Assembly: GCA_038325595.1 (NCBI GenBank)
Contig: JBBQJD010000004.1
Span: forward strand, 8,139-72,138
DNA from: Bacteroidales bacterium
GTDB lineage: Bacteria; Bacteroidota; Bacteroidia; Bacteroidales; VadinHA17
Direction: 5' to 3'
DNA length: 64,000 nucleotides
The notes below the pieces were generated by a model. It ran no database searches. It was not told where the DNA came from and saw only the letters and a program-made list of their open reading frames with translations. Shown in pieces: positions 60,103-64,000 of this stretch. Made by a program: the position numbers and the translations under genes. The stretch's first letter is position 1. Each line of letters starts with the position of its first letter.

Positions 60103-60702
60103 ATGAGGAACATAGCAATCCTGGCTTCAGGATCAGGTACTAATGCAGAAAATATTATTAAGTATTTTTCGACCAAAAAAAATGCCCGGGTAAGTCTGGT
60201 TTTGTCAAATAAGCGGCATGCAATGGTTTTAAAAAGGGCAGAAGCACAAAAGATAAGAGCCGTTTTTTTCGAACATAATGAATTTTATATAACCGGAAAA
60301 GTCCTCAGGTATCTGGCATTATATAAAATTGACTTCATTGTGCTCGCCGGTTTTTTATGGCTGGTACCAGAGAATATTGTAAAAAATTACGCGGGAAGGA
60401 TCGTAAATATTCACCCGGCATTACTCCCGGGTTATGGAGGAAAAGGCATGTACGGCGATAAAGTTCACAAAGCCGTAATTGACAATAATGATATGGAGTC
60501 AGGCATCACCATACATTATGTAAATAACCATTATGATGAAGGAGATATAATATTCCAGGCACGTTGCAAAGTCAATCCTGATGAAACACCTGAGTCATTG
60601 GCAAATAAAATTCATCAGCTCGAATACACTCATTATCCGAAAGTTATTGAAAAGCTCGTTGATAAGCTGCCTGATCTAACCTATGGTGCCGAGCAGGCTT
60701 AG
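60103..60702 (+). CDS. purN: Phosphoribosylglycinamide formyltransferase
   Basis: LASGSGTN, VLAGF, NIHPALLP, GITIHYV...YDEG. Confidence 0.96.
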   Translation: MRNIAILASGSGTNAENIIKYFSTKKNARVSLVLSNKRHAMVLKRAEAQKIRAVFFEHNEFYITGKVLRYLALYKIDFIVLAGFLWLVPENIVKNYAGRIVNIHPALLPGYGGKGMYGDKVHKAVIDNNDMESGITIHYVNNHYDEGDIIFQARCKVNPDETPESLANKIHQLEYTHYPKVIEKLVDKLPDLTYGAEQA

Positions 60703-61917
60703 CACTACTGTTTTTACTTTCTCAAACTTTTGCCGGTTCTCTTCCTTCACCGGCTCTGCGGGAGGTGCAGCAACTTTCAGTGGATCGATAGGTGAACCAT
60801 TCCGGTAAAACCTGAAATCAAGATGCGGACCTGTTGAAAGGCCACTGCTGCCAACATAACCAATAATATCTCCCTGTTTCACATGAGTACCAGCTGTAAT
60901 GCCTTTCCCAAACTTGCTCAGATGCATATATGCCGTTGAGTATACGCTATTATGCTTGATCTTGACAATCCTTCCGGCTCCTCCCTGTATTCCTGCCGTT
61001 GTAACCCTTCCATCGCCAATAGCAACAACCGGTGTTCCAACCGGTGCAGCATAGTCAACTCCGAAATGAGGCCTTCTGATCCTTAGAATAGGATGCATTC
61101 TGCTTGCAGTAAACCGGGAGCTTATCCTTGAGAACTTAAGGGGAGCTTTCAGAAACTCTTTTTTCAGACTCTTTCCCTCGACATCAAAAAAGGTTTCAAT
61201 TCCATCCTGTATGAATGGTATGGCCATTATCGAATAGCCATTGCTGTTAAACTGGGCTCCATATATCCTACCTGTACCAAATGGCTCACCATCGATAAAA
61301 TATTCTTCATATATAACTTTAAAGGCATCTCCTTTCTGTACTCCGAAAAAATCAACTGTCCATTCAAATATACCTGAAAGCTCATCGGCTAGTGAAGGCT
61401 TCAGGCCCCCGCTATGCATTGCATCCCATAGTGAAGTTACAATTGTTCCCGAAGTGTATTTTATCTCGCTTTTTATCTCTTTCTCGAAAGGAGTAATATT
61501 CAGCGAATCGTTAAAGCTGAATATATAGCTCTTTGAAGGTCCTTCTTCATAAACAAAATATTTGGCCCTGGCGAGGCTGTCGCGGTCACAAAATAGTATA
61601 TACTTGTTCCCTGATCTTACTTTCCTGACATCAAAAATATTCCGGGAGTTCTCGATTGCCTGGTTTATTTCCTGCATGCTCACTCCATATTTCAGCAGTA
61701 TTCCCGATAAAAAATCATTGCGTTTAACATGACCGGTCACAAGGTTAAATGAATCAGAAGGTATCCCGTACAATAATACCGGAGGTGAGACCTCTGCCAG
61801 GGCAGTTGTGTCTGATAAGACCGGGGATTCCGGGCCGTTTTCATCAAGGCTGTTACATGAGAATGAAAGAAATAATAATCCGGTAAGGATCAGGGAAAAT
61901 ATCCTATTATGCATCAA
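60676..61917 (-). CDS. M23-family peptidoglycan DD-metalloendopeptidase (MepM-like)
   Basis: N-terminal lipoprotein-like signal (FSC), HFGVDYAAP, YMHLS, STGPHLDF. Confidence 0.9.
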   Translation of the reverse strand: MMHNRIFSLILTGLLFLSFSCNSLDENGPESPVLSDTTALAEVSPPVLLYGIPSDSFNLVTGHVKRNDFLSGILLKYGVSMQEINQAIENSRNIFDVRKVRSGNKYILFCDRDSLARAKYFVYEEGPSKSYIFSFNDSLNITPFEKEIKSEIKYTSGTIVTSLWDAMHSGGLKPSLADELSGIFEWTVDFFGVQKGDAFKVIYEEYFIDGEPFGTGRIYGAQFNSNGYSIMAIPFIQDGIETFFDVEGKSLKKEFLKAPLKFSRISSRFTASRMHPILRIRRPHFGVDYAAPVGTPVVAIGDGRVTTAGIQGGAGRIVKIKHNSVYSTAYMHLSKFGKGITAGTHVKQGDIIGYVGSSGLSTGPHLDFRFYRNGSPIDPLKVAAPPAEPVKEENRQKFEKVKTVVLSLLGTIG

Positions 61918-61926
61918 TTTTCTGAA

Positions 61927-64000
61927 TTACAATTTTAGTACTATGTTAACGATTCTGTTCGGGACTACTATAATATTAGAAGGAATATCTGTCCCGATCC
62001 ATTTTTTTGCCCGCTCATCAGCCAAAACGGTTGTAATGATCTCCTCTTTAGGCATGCTGACCGGAAGTTCAATATTAAATCTCACTTTCCCATTAAAAGA
62101 AACAGGGTAATTGAAAATTGTTTCTTTCAGGTACTCTTCATTGTACGCTGGCCATGGTTCATAGGTAAGTGTTTTATTATGACCAAGAAGCAGCCATAGT
62201 TCTTCAGCAAGGTGTGGCGCAAAAGGAGCAAGTATCTGCGTGAATATACGGGCTGACCTATTGGTTATTTTACCTTTTTTTATGGCGAGATTCAGGAAAA
62301 TCATCATTGCTGAAATTGCAGTGTTGAACCTGAGATTTTCAATGTCTCCTTCAACCTTTTTTATAACATGGTGAAGTCCTTTGAGGATCTCCGTATCTTC
62401 TTCTCCATCATGAATATTTTCCGGGTTGGAAAAGAACCTGAACGCTCTTCCAAGAAATCCGAAAACTCCTTTTATGCCTTTTTCATCCCATGGCTTGGTT
62501 GCATCAAGAGGTCCCAGGAACATCTCAAACAACCGGAGTGTGTCTGCCCCGAAATTTGATACAACATCATCGGGATTGACTACATTCTTCAGTGATTTTG
62601 ACATTTTTGCCACAATCTGCCTGAGTTCAGCCCCGGTTTCTTTATGATAAAACTTTCCTTCGCGTTCTTCAACCATATCGCCGGAAACCTTGGAGCCTGA
62701 ATCGGTTTCATAAGCGAATGCAAGTATCATTCCCTGGTTAAACAGCCTCTGATAAGGTTCATCAGTAGAAACAATGCCCAGATCAAATAATACTTTATGC
62801 CAGAAACGGCTGTAAAGAAGATGAAGAACAGCATGTTCAGCTCCTCCAATATAAAGATCGACCGGCATCCAGTATTTTTCAAGTTCCGGATCAAATATTT
62901 TGTTGTCATTCCGCGGATCGATAAAACGAAGATAGTACCAGCATGATCCTGCCCACTGGGGCATGGTGTTGGTTTCACGTCTGCCTTTACGGCCGTTCTT
63001 ATCTGTTACATTCAGCCATTCATCGGAATTGGAAAGAGGCGATTCGCCTGATTCGCCCGGAAGGTATTTTTCAAGCTCGGGAAGTTCAAGCGGAAGTTCA
63101 TTTTTATTAAGTATCGAAATTTCTCCATCTTCCCAGTGAATTACAGGAAATGGTTCTCCCCAGTACCTCTGACGGCTGAACAGCCAGTCGCGCAGTTTAT
63201 AATTGACCTTTGCTGAACCAAGTTCTCTTTTTTCCAGCCAGGCTGTGATCTTTTTTATTCCCGACTCCTTGTTAAGCCCATTTATGTCAATTCCGGTGGA
63301 GGCATCTGATGAATTAATATATGTACCATCTTCGGTCCAGCATTCCTTTCCCTGAAGAATTCTGTTCTTCTGTACAGGATCATTAATATCAGGATCCTGG
63401 ATGCATACAATGGGAAGATTGAATTTCTGTGCAAAATCGAAATCCCTGGTATCATGAGCAGGAACTGCCATAATAGCACCGGTACCATAACCTGTAAGAA
63501 CATAATCTGCAATCCAGATGGGGATATTCTTCATATTCACCGGATTTACGGCATACCTTCCTGTAAATACCCCTGATTTCTCTTTTGCCAGATCCGTACG
63601 GTCGAGATCAGATTTAAGGGATGTAGCTTTTATATAATCTTTGACACTGTTTTTATGTTCGATGGTAGTAATCAGGTCTGCAAGAGTATGTTCCGGTGCA
63701 ATAACCATATAGGTTGCGCCAAAAAGTGTATCGGGCCTGGTTGTGAAGACTGTCAGATTTTTATCCAGACCATCAATTTTAAAATTCACCTCGGCACCCG
63801 TTGACCTTCCGATCCAGTTGCGCTGCATATCTTTGATTCCTTCCGGCCAGTCGAGCTTATCAATGCCTGCAAGCAGTCTCTCTGCATATAAAGGTATGCG
63901 GAGCATCCATTGTTTAAGATTTTTCTTCTCAACCCTGTTGCCGCATTTTTCATGAGATCCATCTGCAAGAACTTCCTCATTGGCGCATACTATGCGGCAA
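61927..64000 (-). CDS. leuS: Leucine--tRNA ligase (5'-truncated by window edge)
   Basis: Frame is open to the window end. MQRNWIG, FTTRPDT, GTGAIMAVPAHD, RDWLFSRQRYWGEP and KMSKS are present. Confidence 0.97.
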   Translation of the reverse strand, partial: CRIVCANEEVLADGSHEKCGNRVEKKNLKQWMLRIPLYAERLLAGIDKLDWPEGIKDMQRNWIGRSTGAEVNFKIDGLDKNLTVFTTRPDTLFGATYMVIAPEHTLADLITTIEHKNSVKDYIKATSLKSDLDRTDLAKEKSGVFTGRYAVNPVNMKNIPIWIADYVLTGYGTGAIMAVPAHDTRDFDFAQKFNLPIVCIQDPDINDPVQKNRILQGKECWTEDGTYINSSDASTGIDINGLNKESGIKKITAWLEKRELGSAKVNYKLRDWLFSRQRYWGEPFPVIHWEDGEISILNKNELPLELPELEKYLPGESGESPLSNSDEWLNVTDKNGRKGRRETNTMPQWAGSCWYYLRFIDPRNDNKIFDPELEKYWMPVDLYIGGAEHAVLHLLYSRFWHKVLFDLGIVSTDEPYQRLFNQGMILAFAYETDSGSKVSGDMVEEREGKFYHKETGAELRQIVAKMSKSLKNVVNPDDVVSNFGADTLRLFEMFLGPLDATKPWDEKGIKGVFGFLGRAFRFFSNPENIHDGEEDTEILKGLHHVIKKVEGDIENLRFNTAISAMMIFLNLAIKKGKITNRSARIFTQILAPFAPHLAEELWLLLGHNKTLTYEPWPAYNEEYLKETIFNYPVSFNGKVRFNIELPVSMPKEEIITTVLADERAKKWIGTDIPSNIIVVPNRIVNIVLKL

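Overview
A core-genome stretch of a Bacteroidota chromosome, probably Bacteroidales (inferred from the lpxC-fabZ fusion, sprA, GSCFA and IPExxxVDY-type genes, and TAnnTTTG promoters). It is gene-dense housekeeping DNA. In order: dxr (partial), rseP, tatA, mqnC, pepA-pdxA-ruvA-sprA, gcvH, rimP-nusA-infB, a radical SAM gene, an HD hydrolase with lpxD-lpxC/fabZ-lpxA, DUF4139-yccF-thiL, a nitronate monooxygenase-like gene, an NhaD-like transporter, sufBCDSE-sufT-queG, yjbQ, an ECF sigma / hydrolase / GSCFA / TonB receptor / CarH-like MerR block, kdsB, a sigma54 activator with lptE-secG, groES-groEL, lepA, an OmpR-family two-component pair, acpP-fabF-rnc, purN, an M23 peptidase and leuS (partial). 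I saw no rRNA, tRNA, CRISPR array, transposase or phage gene. The unexplained signals are mostly non-coding: (i) a ~140-nt suf leader whose 3' half is almost fully complementary to four separate upstream segments, three of them in crossing (pseudoknot) order; (ii) a candidate sigma54-type small RNA divergent from the two-component pair, whose body is antisense to Bacteroidota-style start regions; (iii) an indel-free 35 x 8-bp array upstream of thiL. Protein-level oddities include a CarH-like regulator lacking both B12-binding histidines, a T9SS cargo protein with almost no passenger domain, and an unannotated 53-aa membrane ORF. All family calls come from motif recognition by eye; no searches were run.
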